Shown: in pieces, positions 35,422-48,201 of the stretch | Position numbering within the stretch: position 1 is the first letter of the stretch | Layout of the letters: each line of letters begins with the position of its first letter | From: Rhynchopus sp. YZ270_cl-10 | Taxonomy: Eukaryota | NCBI GenBank assembly: GCA_964035575.1 | Contig: OZ037837.1 | Location: 434,001 to 498,000 of the forward strand | Length of the DNA stretch: 64,000 nt | Direction: 5' to 3' | Notes under the pieces: model-generated | What the model saw: the letters and a program-made list of their open reading frames with translations, nothing else | Told to the model about the DNA's origin: nothing | Databases searched by the model: none | Program-made: the position numbers and the translations under genes

Positions 35422-35744
35422 ATTTTTCCTTCCTTCAAAACTTCACACACAACGCTTTTGGTTTTTGGGAGACACACAAGGTGCCAGGTTCTATGATAAG
35501 CACGGAACCACCCTGCACCTGTTTGTCATATTGTTTCCCGTGCAATACATGGAGAAACGTTTCGCACTCGAAACAAAGCTTTTTGATAAAAATTAGCGAA
35601 ATACAAAAACCAGCGCGTGTGGAAGAAAAAAGGAGAGGAAAATATTTTTTCTGATTCAAAGTGGTGTTTACGTTTTGGGTACGGGGCGGAGAATAAAATC
35701 TGTTCGATAAAAGAAACGCGAGCTTATTGTTTTATCTTGTTCAC
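35422..35744. repeat. Dispersed repeat family A (full ~325 bp)
   Basis: Near-identical to 62580-62906. Confidence 0.9.
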
Positions 35745-37606
35745 GATAATTGCCGTGCCATTTTTATGTCACCATTTTTTTTAAAAGAAATGTTGCGTAC
35801 CGTGGCTTTCCCAACTTGAGCTGGCTCTCCTGGGATCGCGAAGAACGCACTCGAAGCCTCTCGAAGGATGTGACCAGGATTCAAACAAAAACCCCAAAAC
35901 CTATAATCCCCCGAGTCAAATGAAAGGAAAAATAAAAAGTAAAAGAAAACCTTGAACTGTATCGAAACAACAAGTGAACACACCGACCATATCAACCCCT
36001 CAGGGTTTCCGCCAAAGAGCCACAGTCTCCTGAAGAGGCTGCCACACCCTGAGGGGGGAGGTGTGCTGCCTGTGTACCCTATGCATACACCCGATGCGAG
36101 GCGCATTCTCGCGCAATCCTGGTCTGACGAAAAATTCTCGCTCATTCTCGCACGACCAAAACCCTTCTACGTGAGCGAGAATGATTCTCGCATGCAGAAT
36201 GCTGTGCGAGAATGCGAGAATGATTCTCGTGTGCGACTCGCATCGAGTCTATGAAGAGTAAAATCCGTATATCCCCAGCCTCTGCATGCCCTAGAAATGA
36301 AAAACCGCACCAACCCGGGACACTGAGTCCCTGGTTTACGCAGAGGGGAAAAAAAAAACCAAAAAGAGCAACCATGACAACGCTAACCACGACTGCCACG
36401 GCAGAGCGGGGTCCCTAACGGTTTACTGGGGGGGAATCCACAAAGATAAAGAAAACAAAAATACAAAAGCAAGAAAGGAAAACCAGTAAAAAATAAGAGC
36501 AAAGAGAGCAGCCACACGCTGCCTCGATGAAGTGATGAGTGAATACTAAGCATAAGCCTTTCAACATAGTATGCATTCAATAAATTGATGGAGGAGGGGT
36601 CAATGTATCAAACAGAAAGGGAACCCTTTAACCTATCCCTTTAAAAAGGATGAATGTGTCTCTCGCGCACACTCGTGTGGTGAAACGCACACACCTCGAC
36701 CTGTTTGGTGAGGAGTGGCTCTGCAGCGCGGTTCGTCCCTAGAACCGCGAGTGTGTTCAAAATGCTTTGTTTCTATTTCCTCCTTCATTTCATGAGGTGA
36801 CAAAAAAACACCCAAGCGGGGAACCGGGGGAAATGGAGTCCCGGGGAAGGGACGAAAGAGGACGCGAACGTATAGGCAAATTAAGGTCTGCACGTCTGCA
36901 CGTCTCCATGCCCTTACCACCATGACGCACCAGGGGGGAAGGGGGGGGGAGGATCAAAAGGTTTGTCCATATTATTTAAACTCAGGAGAAAGGGGAAAAC
37001 ATTGGGGAAAAGAGTTGTGGGGAGAGAAATCGGGGGGTTTGTCATTTTTTTACTTCTTTTTTTCTATTTCAATAACCTTCTTTTTCTGCGCGAAAGGGCT
37101 CCGCAGTCAAGACTGACGAACCACCCTCCCGCACATTGTCAGAATCCGAGCTTTGTGTATTTTGCAGTGTACATAAAATGTCTGTAAATATCGCTCTGCG
37201 ATGGTGAAGGAAATGAATGGAGAAACACTTGGGGATGGAAAAAAAGAGTTGAAACGTGCGAAAACACATCTCAATCGAGCTCATGAAAAGGGTGGGACGT
37301 GGGACGTGAGTGTTGAAAAAAGAAAATAAAAAAGTTTATGAGGTGAACCAAAGCCTCTCTGCGCCTATTCAACAATAGAAAAAGGCAAGAAAATTATGAT
37401 TGTGTCTCTTACTTTTTTGATCGTTCTTTGCATTGATGCATCCACACAAAAAAAACAGGAAAAAAAAATGCCGTACTGACATCTTACAGGTAGCCAAGTA
37501 TGGGTAGGGGTATAAAAAGAAGAAAACTGTATTTTTTGGGATTTTCAAAACCCCAAAAACCCGAAAGGAGCAAAAAAAAAAAGGAGAATTTTTACCCCCA
37601 TCTTTT

Positions 37607-37754
37607 ATTTTTCCTTCCTTCAAAACTTCACACACAACGCTTTTTTGGTTTTTGGGAGACACACAAGGTGCCAGGTTCTATGATATGCACGGAACCACCC
37701 TGCACCTGTTTGTCATATTGTTTCCCGTGCAATACATGGAGAAACGTTTCGCAC
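37607..37754. repeat. Dispersed repeat family A (5' part)
   Basis: Matches 35422-35567. Confidence 0.85.
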
Positions 37755-38670
37755 GACGTTTCGCACCCGTTTTTGGATCGCTGGAAAGAGTTTGGTCAGA
37801 GGAGTCGGTCTCTGCAATGCGCAACCACCATGAAGAAAAGGAGAAAGTCGTGGGAGGAAAAAAGAAAAAGCAAAATGGAGACATGCTTGAGTCTGTGGGT
37901 TGGGGGGGTGCTCCATCTCTCCCGCGTCCTGAAGTACGGGGGGGAGGTGGAGCACAAAAGGGGGGATTTTTGATAAATAAATATTTTTTTTGAATACGGG
38001 GGGAAGGGGAAAACGGTAAAACTCATGACAAAGCAAAGAGCGCGTCTTTTCATTTCCAGACGTATTGCATACTGGTACAAAAGGAAAATGGAGACATGCT
38101 TGATTCTGTGGGGTGGTTGTTTGTCGATACCAAAAAAATACTACACACACTTCTGAAAAAAAGGGGGGAACAAAAAAAAAGTTGGTTCTATTTTTCTTTC
38201 ATTTTGTTGTGAAGAATTCTTCTATGTAGTGACCCCGTCCCCTCTAACACCCCTATGTTTCTGAAGGGGGAAGGAAAAGTACAACAGGTGTGAAAGCACG
38301 CACAAATAAATAGAAAATTGCGTTCAAAAAAAAGAAAAACAGTCAAAAAAAAATCCGAACGATGTTTTGAACAATCTTTCCCACAATGATGGGTTTTTTC
38401 ACAAGAAGTAGTTCCAGTAGTTGTCAAAATAATGGAAAAAAAAAAACAAAAAAAAACAAAAAAAAAACACACACAAAGGTATGAAAGCGTGTACCTCACG
38501 GCTGCGCTGGATTCAAAGTTGGGCAATATTCGGCTGTAAAAGGAACTTTCGGAATCGCCACACCTTTCAAAAAAAAAAAAAACAAAAACAAAAAAACACA
38601 CAATCCCCCCCGGGCCCCTTTCTTTACCCCCCACCACCCCCACCCCCCCGCCCCACCCCTTTTCCCCTCC

Positions 38671-40566
38671 CTACACCGCCTCCGGCTTTGCACAAGAAAT
38701 CTCGGTCATCACCTCCTTTTCTCCAAGAAACCAATGCCAGAAATAGGTCAGGTCCTCCGCTTTTACTTGCTTCCCGACGTGGCGCTCGAAGAGAAAGTGT
38801 TCATATGTGTTTTGCAACTGTTGGGAATAGTCCGGCACGAGCGCACGCGGCACTACAAACTCTTCCCCAGCAAAGGCACGGAGGCCTTCCTTGGGTTCGT
38901 CTCCTTTCAGTCTGCCAAAGTCGATGCCCATCTCTCGGCTGGTGTTTTGATGAGGTGCATCGTGTAGAGGAGTGTAACGCTGAGACGTCATCGCACATTC
39001 GATACGCTCCGCAATCTTCGCGACAAAAGCAGCATCCGGCACGCTCTCCCCTTTAATGAAAACGTACACCTCCGATGCCGGCCGCTCCAGATCATTCAAA
39101 AAGGAGAGGTATCCTCTGTGCGTTCCACACCGTTTTTCACTACGCCACTCATACTGCGAACAGATGTGAATCGGGCTGCGCACCCAAATGTTATACTCCT
39201 CCGGGAAAACCGCTGTCACATTGCGAACAAAATCAATAGCCACCTCATCCGATGCATTTCTATGACCAAGCACAATAGTAACTCTCGGCACCCCTTCCGA
39301 TTTTGTCCACTGCCCGGTTCGCGAGAATGCTTTCAAAGGGAGGGTCAAATTTTGAGGCTTTTGACAAATTTTTGGAATTCCTTGTCTCGATTGAAGATCT
39401 TCCTCCGGTGCTCCGAATATGATATGCCAGAAGAATTCTGCGGAATAAGCGTCATATTTTTGGCTCATCCGCGCCTCCAATATTTTAGTATAATACAACA
39501 CCGATTTGCTCCGTACCATCTCCTTGGACACCGCGAACTGGCCGCAGCAAAACGGCACCAATTTGTCCCCTTCTGTGACCTGAGATCCTGCTAGAGCGCG
39601 GTTCCATTCCTTCGCGTACCTTCCGTTAGTATTCCCCCAATGATCCAACGGAACTGAAAGACCATGCCAATCCAGAGGAACATACGCATGAATTTTCTTT
39701 TGACATTCAATTCCATCTGCAATAATGGTCATCAAAGGGGCCAGTTGATGCCACGACATTTTGTGGCCATGAATGAAAGCGATGACCTCCGACTCCGGCT
39801 TCGCCGGACTGAGATCATCACTGAGATACGTCAGATACCCCACTTCCTCTCTGCAGTGGTCATCAAAGTTTGGTGTCGTTCTGCGCCAAATAACGTAGCC
39901 TGCACTCAAAAAGAGCGAAACCGTATCGGGGCTCGCAAATCCGCCTAAGACCATGAGGGTTGCAGTCTGGGGTGTCTCGGTTGTCCATGCCCATAATCCT
40001 ACTGCGTTGTAATTCCAGGATGCGTTGTGTTTGCGTACCATAGGCAGCATAGGGTCGTAAGAGTCGGGGAGTTCTTTGTGGAGGAATGTGTTGTAGTCTT
40101 TCTTGGCTTCGCGTTCTGCGCGGAGGTGAGGGAAACGGATTGCGCGAATGTCATCGATGATGCGGGCTTCAATGATGTACTGTGCTGCGGCAATCGATTT
40201 GGCAGCGTTAGCCTCTCTACGAAGAATCCGCAGAACCTTTTCGTAGTCGTGCGCCTCCTGTTCTGTTGCATTTTGTTTTAATGGAACTGCCTCAAATGCA
40301 GTGATTTTGAGCTTGATTTCCCCCTCCTCCTTCTCTTTCTGTTGGCGTAGCATGACAGCAATGGTAATCTCATGTTGCAACACGTCAAGGCGTAGTGTCT
40401 CGACAGTGCCCGCCATCTTCGTCATTTCTCGTTCCAAAGAAGAGGTGGCAGCGTTGCTTTCGGCGTGGACCCGAGTGACCTTTGGCGCTGTCTGTCTAAA
40501 CCCAACATACAAAGTAACCACAGAAACGAAAACAATAAAAAGATATTTCGTCGGTATAGGCGCCAT
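38671..40566 (-). CDS. Type II membrane protein with two DUF3431-like domains (~631 aa)
   Basis: ATG at 40566 (MAPIPTKYLFIVFVSVVTLYVGF signal-anchor) and a coiled-coil stem. Motifs REEVGYLTYL, FIHGHKMSWH, CCGQFAVS, EFFWHIIFG, then a second degenerate copy RGYLSFL, EEFVVP, YFWHWFLG. Confidence 0.8.
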   Translation of the reverse strand: MAPIPTKYLFIVFVSVVTLYVGFRQTAPKVTRVHAESNAATSSLEREMTKMAGTVETLRLDVLQHEITIAVMLRQQKEKEEGEIKLKITAFEAVPLKQNATEQEAHDYEKVLRILRREANAAKSIAAAQYIIEARIIDDIRAIRFPHLRAEREAKKDYNTFLHKELPDSYDPMLPMVRKHNASWNYNAVGLWAWTTETPQTATLMVLGGFASPDTVSLFLSAGYVIWRRTTPNFDDHCREEVGYLTYLSDDLSPAKPESEVIAFIHGHKMSWHQLAPLMTIIADGIECQKKIHAYVPLDWHGLSVPLDHWGNTNGRYAKEWNRALAGSQVTEGDKLVPFCCGQFAVSKEMVRSKSVLYYTKILEARMSQKYDAYSAEFFWHIIFGAPEEDLQSRQGIPKICQKPQNLTLPLKAFSRTGQWTKSEGVPRVTIVLGHRNASDEVAIDFVRNVTAVFPEEYNIWVRSPIHICSQYEWRSEKRCGTHRGYLSFLNDLERPASEVYVFIKGESVPDAAFVAKIAERIECAMTSQRYTPLHDAPHQNTSREMGIDFGRLKGDEPKEGLRAFAGEEFVVPRALVPDYSQQLQNTYEHFLFERHVGKQVKAEDLTYFWHWFLGEKEVMTEISCAKPEAV

Positions 40567-42633
40567 TTGAAAAGAAAAGTTGATTTTATTTTTTTTTCCT
40601 GTTGGGGGGGTGTTTTTCGTGAAAAATAAAAGGTGCTGAAAACGCAGCTTGGTCGGGTTTATGGAAAAAGGAATACTCTTTTTTTCTCTTCCTTTTTTGG
40701 GGTGATTTGGGGTCTTTTTTTCAGGAAAATTCACAAAAATTCAAACAAAACATTCAGACACACCGGAATAGCAGTTATGTTGTTGCTCTTCGTAGTGTTA
40801 TTTGCCTATTATTTTTGGTGTTGTTACACTCAAAACAGGCATGTTTTTTTCCCAACCTTCCTGTATACACGCGTCAGCAACCAATACAGGTAGTGTATTG
40901 AAATGATTCTGGGGGGGGGGGGTAAGGGGTCTAATTTTAATTTCGTCGATTTTGAGGAAAATTCTGGCCAAAAATGGGCCCCACGTATAAGGAACCGGGC
41001 TCATATTTCTCAAAATTTAAGTGGTCAAAAAATTGTCCAATTTTCCGAAATGACCCCACCGCTGCACGGGCGGAGCCCAAAAATGCAAATAAGCCACTTT
41101 TTGGTTTCATTGAAATGATGCGGCTGACACTGAGGAATTATGGTTTACGGCGTCCCATTGAGGGGGCGAACCCTTTTTAATTTTTTGTTCTCTTGAAATG
41201 TGTAATTTCATGTTTTCGCGAAAAAAATACGAACTGATCCTACAAGGGTTGAAGGAAGGTGTGTGGAAAACAATAATAACAAGAACAACTAATTGCTAAG
41301 AGAAAAAAATGGGGTGTGCTGTGGATAACTCCGCGCGATTTTCGAAACCACCATAGCATCCTGGCGATTTTCTGGAGGTGCTGATGTGACGATGCCTGGT
41401 GCGATCCACGACGTGTTGTCGTCTGTGCATTTTGTGTTCCTTCCGCACTGCTCTGATGACGACGACGATGCGTGGGAGCCTGTGGACGACTACGAGCTGG
41501 AACATGCCGAGCCCGCCCGAGCGAATGGTTATCGAGCCTGCCGAGACTACGTCCAATAACGCGATCGAGCAGACGGTGCTGGACGAAGAGGACAGCCCCA
41601 CTGTTTAAAAGTTTCAGATGCAGGCATCCCAGTGGGTCCAGCGTACGAAGAGCGTTTTAGCATACCTGCAGAAGAGCAGAATGCTGGCGTGTTGTAGATT
41701 ATATTTTTTTCAGAGTGGAGTTCCACAGCACACCCGGTTTTTTTTCCGATAGCAATTACTTGTTTTTTTTTTTTTTTTTTTGGTTGTTTCAGGGCAGGGT
41801 TTTATATAGGAATTTTTTCCTGAACAAACAGGGGCAAAAACTGAGGATTCATTTTTTCTCACCCACCCACCCAAAATCAAAGTTGTTTTTTCGGCTGGGG
41901 CCAGTTGTGGTGTGCCTTGAACCCCCTTGGCTGTAAACCCAATTGATAGCAATTCGTGCACCAGGCGCACGTGGTACACGAATTGTAAGTAGCCAGTACA
42001 TTTATAACAAAGAAAGGGCGGTCATGGCACCCAAAGGTTCCTAGCGAAGCCACGGTACGCAACATTTCAAAAAATTGCGCTTATAATCGCACATTTTTAC
42101 AGCCAAACTATGTCAGGGAAGGGTGGGTTGCAATCTTGCGCCGCAGGCGCACGGTACGCTACTTTTATAATTTCGCCATGATGCATGCTTCCTTTTCCTT
42201 CGGCGTTTGACCAATTGAGTCGCGTTCTGGCTGTGACGGGGGTGTGGGTAACCCTTGAGATAGACGTGTGTGTTTTCTTTACTGACTTTGTTGTTTTCTG
42301 TCAACAGAGCTTCGTTTCGGCGACTGACTACCCCGGGCTGCACCCTGAGGCTACACCCCCCGGAGTGGGGTGGGGCAACCCACCCCAGAAAAGTTAAAAC
42401 CCGAGGAAAACCCAGGCTTAAACCCGGGCTTGCTCTGCGCAAAATTAATTAAGCCCGGGTTTTCCCGGGCTTACTGCCCAAGATTTTCACCGCTGGTCAC
42501 GAGTCGTGTTCTAAGCCAGTAAAACGCCAACAAAAAAAAAATTTTTTTTAGGTCCGAAAAGGGGAATTTTTTTTTTTTTTTTCAATAACTGAGGATTGCC
42601 CTCAGTTCTGACCCCCTATATAAAAGTCTGTTT

Positions 42634-43335
42634 CAGGGCATTATATAGGTTTCGGGGGTTTTCGCTGAAACTCGGTCAAAACTCGGTCGAGCCCGGGCGC
42701 GCTTCGCGCGCCCGGGTCCCCACCTTAGCTCAAGTTGGGGGCCTCCGGCGGAATGTGAGAATTCCTTGGAGTTCGGCACTTCATTTATATTTGTGCCAGG
42801 CACACGTGGTACACGAATTATCAGTAACCTCAGTACATTCACAAAAGAAACGGCGGTCATGGCACCCAAGCGAAGCCACCGTACGCAACATTTCTAAAAA
42901 ATGTTGACATAAATGTCACTGTCGTTGGTAATTATCGTCAGTTTCCGTAAATTTTACTTCCATATTTTGCTGAAACAAAAGTTTCTGGCGAAGCCACGGT
43001 ACGCAACATTTCAAAAAAAAATGCGCAGAAGGGTGGCTGCAAGCTTGCGCCGCAGGCGCACGGTACGCTACTTTTTTATTTTCGTCGTGCTGCATGCTTC
43101 GTTTTCCTTCGGCGTTTGGCCAATCGAGTCGCGTTCTGGCTGTGACGGGGTCACTTTGTTCATGAGGCCATTTCTGGTCACTCTCAGAGGCTCGTGTGAG
43201 GTACCAAAGAAAACCGATTTTTTCCCCCAAGATTTATCATTTTTTTTTTTTTATTTGGCCTGACCGAGTTTTAGTTAAGGCTTGCTGTAAACTCGGTCAG
43301 GCTGACCGAGTTTTACCCCACTATATAATCCCCTG
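42634..43335. mobile_element. hAT MITE, uninterrupted copy of the 12865-18225 family
   Basis: Same TIRs and near-identical body. Imperfect TSD GTCTGTTT / GTTGTTT. Confidence 0.85.
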
Positions 43336-43633
43336 GTTGTTTGTAACAACACAGAAAATCCTGATTAAGTAAAAGAAGAAGTGAAGCACGGCAAAATCAA
43401 AAAAAAAACAATTTCATAATTTCACTTTTGTGTACTTTCCATTCAAAGCAGAAAGCACACAAAAGACGTTCAAAAAAGACAAAGAAATGATTGAGATAAT
43501 TTCAATCGAAAGATGGGATTTTGTCCATCAGCGTCGTCTCCTCTTTTGTTGAATAACAAGAGGAGACGACTCATGCTAGACCGACAAAAATAAAAACACA
43601 AAATGTGATAGGAAGAAGAAGAAGAGGGAATTT

Positions 43634-45066
43634 CATACATTGAAATCCCCGGGAGTCGCGGAGACTCTCCACTGGTGTTTTCGAGAGTTTTAGCGATTAA
43701 AAAAAAAGAAAAAAAAATCGCGATTAATCGCGAATTTGTGAAAAACTCTCGAAAACTCTCCAATTTTAAAAAAAACTCTCCAAAACTCTCCAATACTCCC
43801 CGATTTTAAAAAAAAATACTCTCGAAAACTCTCCAATTTATAAAATAAAAATTTGCGATTAAAGGGGCCCCCCGAATAAGTTCTTTATTTGGGGGGTGGT
43901 TGCTCGAAGAATAAAAGAAGTTATTTGGAATCGAAGTTATTTGGGGGGGAAGTTATTTGGGCAAAAAACACCGTACCATATTTTTTTTTCGCCTGCGGCG
44001 CCATTTTATACTGCTTTTTTTTGCTCCGCAAAAAAAATATACAGTAGTACTGAGTACACTATCAGTTTGGAGGAAATTTTTGAAAAATAAAAAAGGAAGT
44101 GGAAGGGGGCGAAGTTATTCGGTAACTTTTTCGGCACCTAAAATCTGGAAAAAAAAGAAGTTATTTGGGAAAATGCCTATTATTTGGGGGGGGAACTTAT
44201 TCGGGGGGCCCCTATAATCGCGAATTTATGAAAAAATCTCGAAAACTGGGCCATCTATGAACGGGGAGAGATTTTTTCACAAGCTCTCACTACGTTCCGA
44301 GGGGGGTTTTGTACTTTAGTGGTGTGGCTGGCAACATGTATTCTGTGGTGGTCAAAAAAGTGCAATGTTCCTTCTCCAATGGATTTATTGGGTGTACTGC
44401 TATACTGGGACAATACGGTCAGATCACTCTTCAAACCACCTGGAAAAGTGCACGGCATCTAAAAATTTCCGCCTGCGGCGGGAAGCCTCGACCCGTTTTC
44501 ACCCTTTTCTTGTTCCTTATCCCCATATTTAAAATAGCCCTGCTTACATGTGGTGGTATGCTTCCCTGCTGGTATGGTGTACCATTTTTCGCCCAGAGTA
44601 ATTTAAGCGTAATTATATCTTAAACAGGTGTGGATAATTCCCAAGCGCGGAATTAACCCGTCGCATTTGTGATCGACCTGTGGGCTCGTTTGCTCATGTC
44701 CGCCACCACTGTGCCGCCTAAAGCCGCGAGGCTTATCACCCCTCTGTCGTGGTGGGTGCATTTTGCGAATCAATCGGTAGGTGTAATGTGAGTACGTAGA
44801 CTGAACGTGTGCCCAGGTAGGCACAGGTTAGATGCGGATAGCACCAGGTGTGCGCGGTTGTGTTTGGGGTAAAATGTTACAAAAAATCGCGATTTTACTC
44901 CCGGGGATTAATCGCGAATTTTGTCGCGATTAATCGCGAAAACTCTCCGTAAAAAAAAAAAAAAACACTCTCGAAAACTCTCGAAACCAAAAAAACACTC
45001 ACGGGGAGTTCGTTTTTTTTGATTTTTTGCCAAACTCCCCGTGACTCCCCGGGATTTCAATGTATG
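43634..45066. mobile_element. TIR element with CATAC termini and 6-bp TSD
   Basis: CATACATTGAAATCCC(C/G)GGGAGTC is inverted at both ends. GAATTT at 43628-43633 and 45067-45072. The empty site is present at ~47895-47950. Confidence 0.9.
43863..44213. mobile_element. Kolobok-like MITE nested in the 43634-45066 element
   Basis: TIR AGGGGCCCCCCGAATAAGTTC, flanked by TTAA and ATAA, interrupting the host motif GCGATTAATCGCG. Confidence 0.65.
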
Positions 45067-45547
45067 GAATTTACCTTTTTTTGACTTGAAATACAAAGCC
45101 CTCTCGTGAACAGTGTATCCTGTTACCTGACCAGTACACCAGGGTGCCTCACCGTGCGGTTCTACATCCATTTAGATGTCACATCTATGGAGCGTGCAGC
45201 ACAGCGAACATCAAGACTGCCGACGAGAGGTGAAATAAGTCAAACAGCGAATTCCCGCGGGTTTGAGTTGGAAGCTGTGTTACAACCTATCGATATCCAC
45301 TTGAACCATTACACAAGGAGTCGCAAGAAGATACGAGGACTAGCTGAGGGGAAGAGAAAGGAGAGGATATTTTGAAAGCATGTAAATACTTTTGAAGTGG
45401 GGACGGTGCGATGCACATGGGAAATAATAAAAACCCGTTCGTCTTTTGTTTAGTTGGTACGCTACCCACGTCATATGCATGGGTAGGGAAAATTGGGCCA
45501 GTAATACAAAAAGAAGAAAACTTGTACAATGAATGACGCACTAGTAT

Positions 45548-47628
45548 TAGGGATATTGCTAACCATCGCCCCACGGTACTATGGTACTGTGGTACTATGG
45601 TACTATGGTACTATGGTACTATGGTACTATGGTACTATGGTACTATGGTACTATGGTACTATGGTACTATGGTACTATGGTACTATGGTACTATGGTACT
45701 ATGGTACTATGGTACTATGGTACTATGGTTCTATGGTTCTATGGTACTATGGTACTATGGTACTATGGTACTATGGTACTATGGTACTATGGTACTATGG
45801 TACTATGGTACTATGGTACTATGGTACTATGGTACTATGGTACTATGGTTCTATGGTTCTATGGTACTATGGTACTATGGTACTATGGTACTATGGTACT
45901 ATGGTACTATGGTACTATGGTACTATGGTACTATGGTACTATGGTACTATGGTTCTATGGTTCTATGGTACTATGGTACTATGGTACTATGGTACTATGG
46001 TACTATGGTACTATGGTACTATGGTACTATGGTACTATGGTACTATGGTACTATGGTACTATGGTACTATGGTACTATGGTACTATGGTACTATGGTACT
46101 ATGGTACTATGGTACTATGGTACTATGGTACTATGGTACTATGGTACTATGGTACTATGGTACTATGGTACTATGGTACTATGGTACTATGGTACTATGG
46201 TACTATGGTACTATGGTACTATGGTACTATGGTACTATGGTACTATGGTACTATGGTACTATGGTACTATGGTACTATGGTACTATGGTACTATGGTACT
46301 ATGGTACTATGGTACTATGGTACTATGGTACTATGGTACTATGGTACTATGGTACTATGGTACTGTGGTACTATGGTACTATGGTACTATGGTACTATGG
46401 TACTATGGTACTATGGTACTATGGTACTATGGTACTATGGTACTATGGTACTATGGTACTATGGTACTATGGTACTATGGTACTATGGTACTATGGTACT
46501 ATGGTACTATGGTACTATGGTACTATGGTACTATGGTACTATGGTACTATGGTACTATGGTACTATGGTACTATGGTACTATGGTACTATGGTACTATGG
46601 TACTATGGTACTATGGTACTATGGTACTATGGTACTATGGTACTATGGTACTATGGTACTATGGTTCTATGGTTCTATGGTACTATGGTACTATGGTACT
46701 ATGGTACTATGGTACTATGGTACTATGGTACTATGGTACTATGGTACTATGGTACTATGGTACTATGGTACTATGGTACTATGGTACTATGGTACTATGG
46801 TACTATGGTACTATGGTACTATGGTACTATGGTACTATGGTACTATGGTACTATGGTACTATGGTACTATGGTTCTATGGTTCTATGGTACTATGGTACT
46901 ATGGTACTATGGTACTATGGTACTATGGTACTATGGTACTATGGTACTATGGTACTATGGTACTATGGTACTATGGTACTATGGTACTATGGTACTATGG
47001 TACTATGGTACTATGGTACTATGGTACTATGGTACTATGGTACTATGGTACTATGGTACTATGGTACTATGGTACTATGGTACTATGGTACTATGGTACT
47101 ATGGTACTATGGTACTATGGTACTATGGTACTATGGTACTATGGTACTATGGTTCTATGGTTCTATGGTACTATGGTACTATGGTACTATGGTACTATGG
47201 TACTATGGTACTATGGTACTATGGTACTATGGTACTATGGTACTATGGTACTATGGTACTATGGTACTATGGTACTATGGTACTATGGTACTATGGTACT
47301 ATGGTACTATGGTACTATGGTACTATGGTACTATGGTACTATGGTACTATGGTACTATGGTACTATGGTACTATGGTACTATGGTACTATGGTACTATGG
47401 TACTATGGTACTATGGTACTATGGTACTATGGTACTATGGTACTATGGTACTATGGTACTATGGTACTATGGTACTATGGTACTATGGTTCTATGGTTCT
47501 ATGGTACTATGGTACTATGGTCAGGCCATGGTTTCAGCCCCGGAGCAAGAGCCCCTCACGGGAGAAAGCTCAGGATCCCTTTTTTTTTCAAAAAAATCCC
47601 AAAATCCCGAAAGTTAGCAATATCCCTG
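45548..47628. mobile_element. TIR element, (C/T)AGGGATATTGCTAAC ends, containing a satellite
   Basis: 16-bp inverted ends at 45548-45563 and 47613-47628, extendable by TAGTAT/ATACTA. No clear direct TSD. Confidence 0.7.
45575..47521. repeat. (GGTACTAT)n satellite, ~243 units
   Basis: Read directly; GGTTCTAT variants occur in pairs. Confidence 0.98.
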
Positions 47629-47696
47629 ATACTATACCTTACTTCACCTTCGGTTACCCTGACAGGGGGGGGTGAAGGAAGGTTGTTGAAACTCAA

Positions 47697-47950
47697 TTTC
47701 ATAATTTCATGTACTTTCCATTCAAAGCAGAAAGCACACAAAAGACGTTCAAAAAAGACAAAGAAATGATTGAGATAATTTCAATCGAAAGATGGGATTT
47801 TGTCCATCAGCGTCGTCTCCTCTTTTGTTGAATAACAAGAGGAGACGACTCATGCTAGACCGACAAAAATAAAAACACAAAATGTGATAGGAAGAAGAAG
47901 AAGAGGGAATTTACCTTTTTTTGACTTGAAATATAAAGCCCTCTCGTGAA
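47697..47950. repeat. Duplicate of 43410-43633 joined to 45073-45110 (pre-insertion allele)
   Basis: Near-identical sequence with a single GAATTT at the junction. Confidence 0.9.
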
Positions 47951-47954
47951 CACC

Positions 47955-48201
47955 CCAAGTTTGACTTTTGGACAATTCAGACCCACAAGGTTTCGATAAA
48001 GACAATTCAGACCCACAAGGTTTACGATAAAGACACTTCAGAACCACAAGGTTTGCATTTTGGACAGTTCAACCCCACAAGGTTTGCACTTTGGACAGTT
48101 CAGACCTTGTGGGTCTGAACTGTCCAAAATGCAAACCTTGTGGTCTGAAGTGTCCAAAATTCAAACCTTGTAGTTCTGAACTGTCCAAAAGTCAAACCTT
48201 G
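47955..48201. repeat. ~30-bp tandem and inverted repeats (GGACAATTCAGACCCACAAGGTTT) forming a foldback
   Basis: Several direct units followed by several inverted units. Confidence 0.75.

Noticed and set aside
41309..41610. GC-rich patch with short ORFs (e.g. MPGAIHDV..DDAWEPVDDYE)
   Set aside because: Under 70 aa with no recognisable domain; at most an unassignable gene fragment.
45529..47769. Long ORFs of MVLWYYGT repeats
   Set aside because: Translation artefacts of an 8-bp satellite with no stop codons in three frames.
47955..48201. CRISPR-like regularly spaced ~30-bp repeats (also 16090-16260 and 17750-17950)
   Set aside because: No unique spacers, inverted halves, no cas genes and a eukaryotic context; these are foldback subrepeats.
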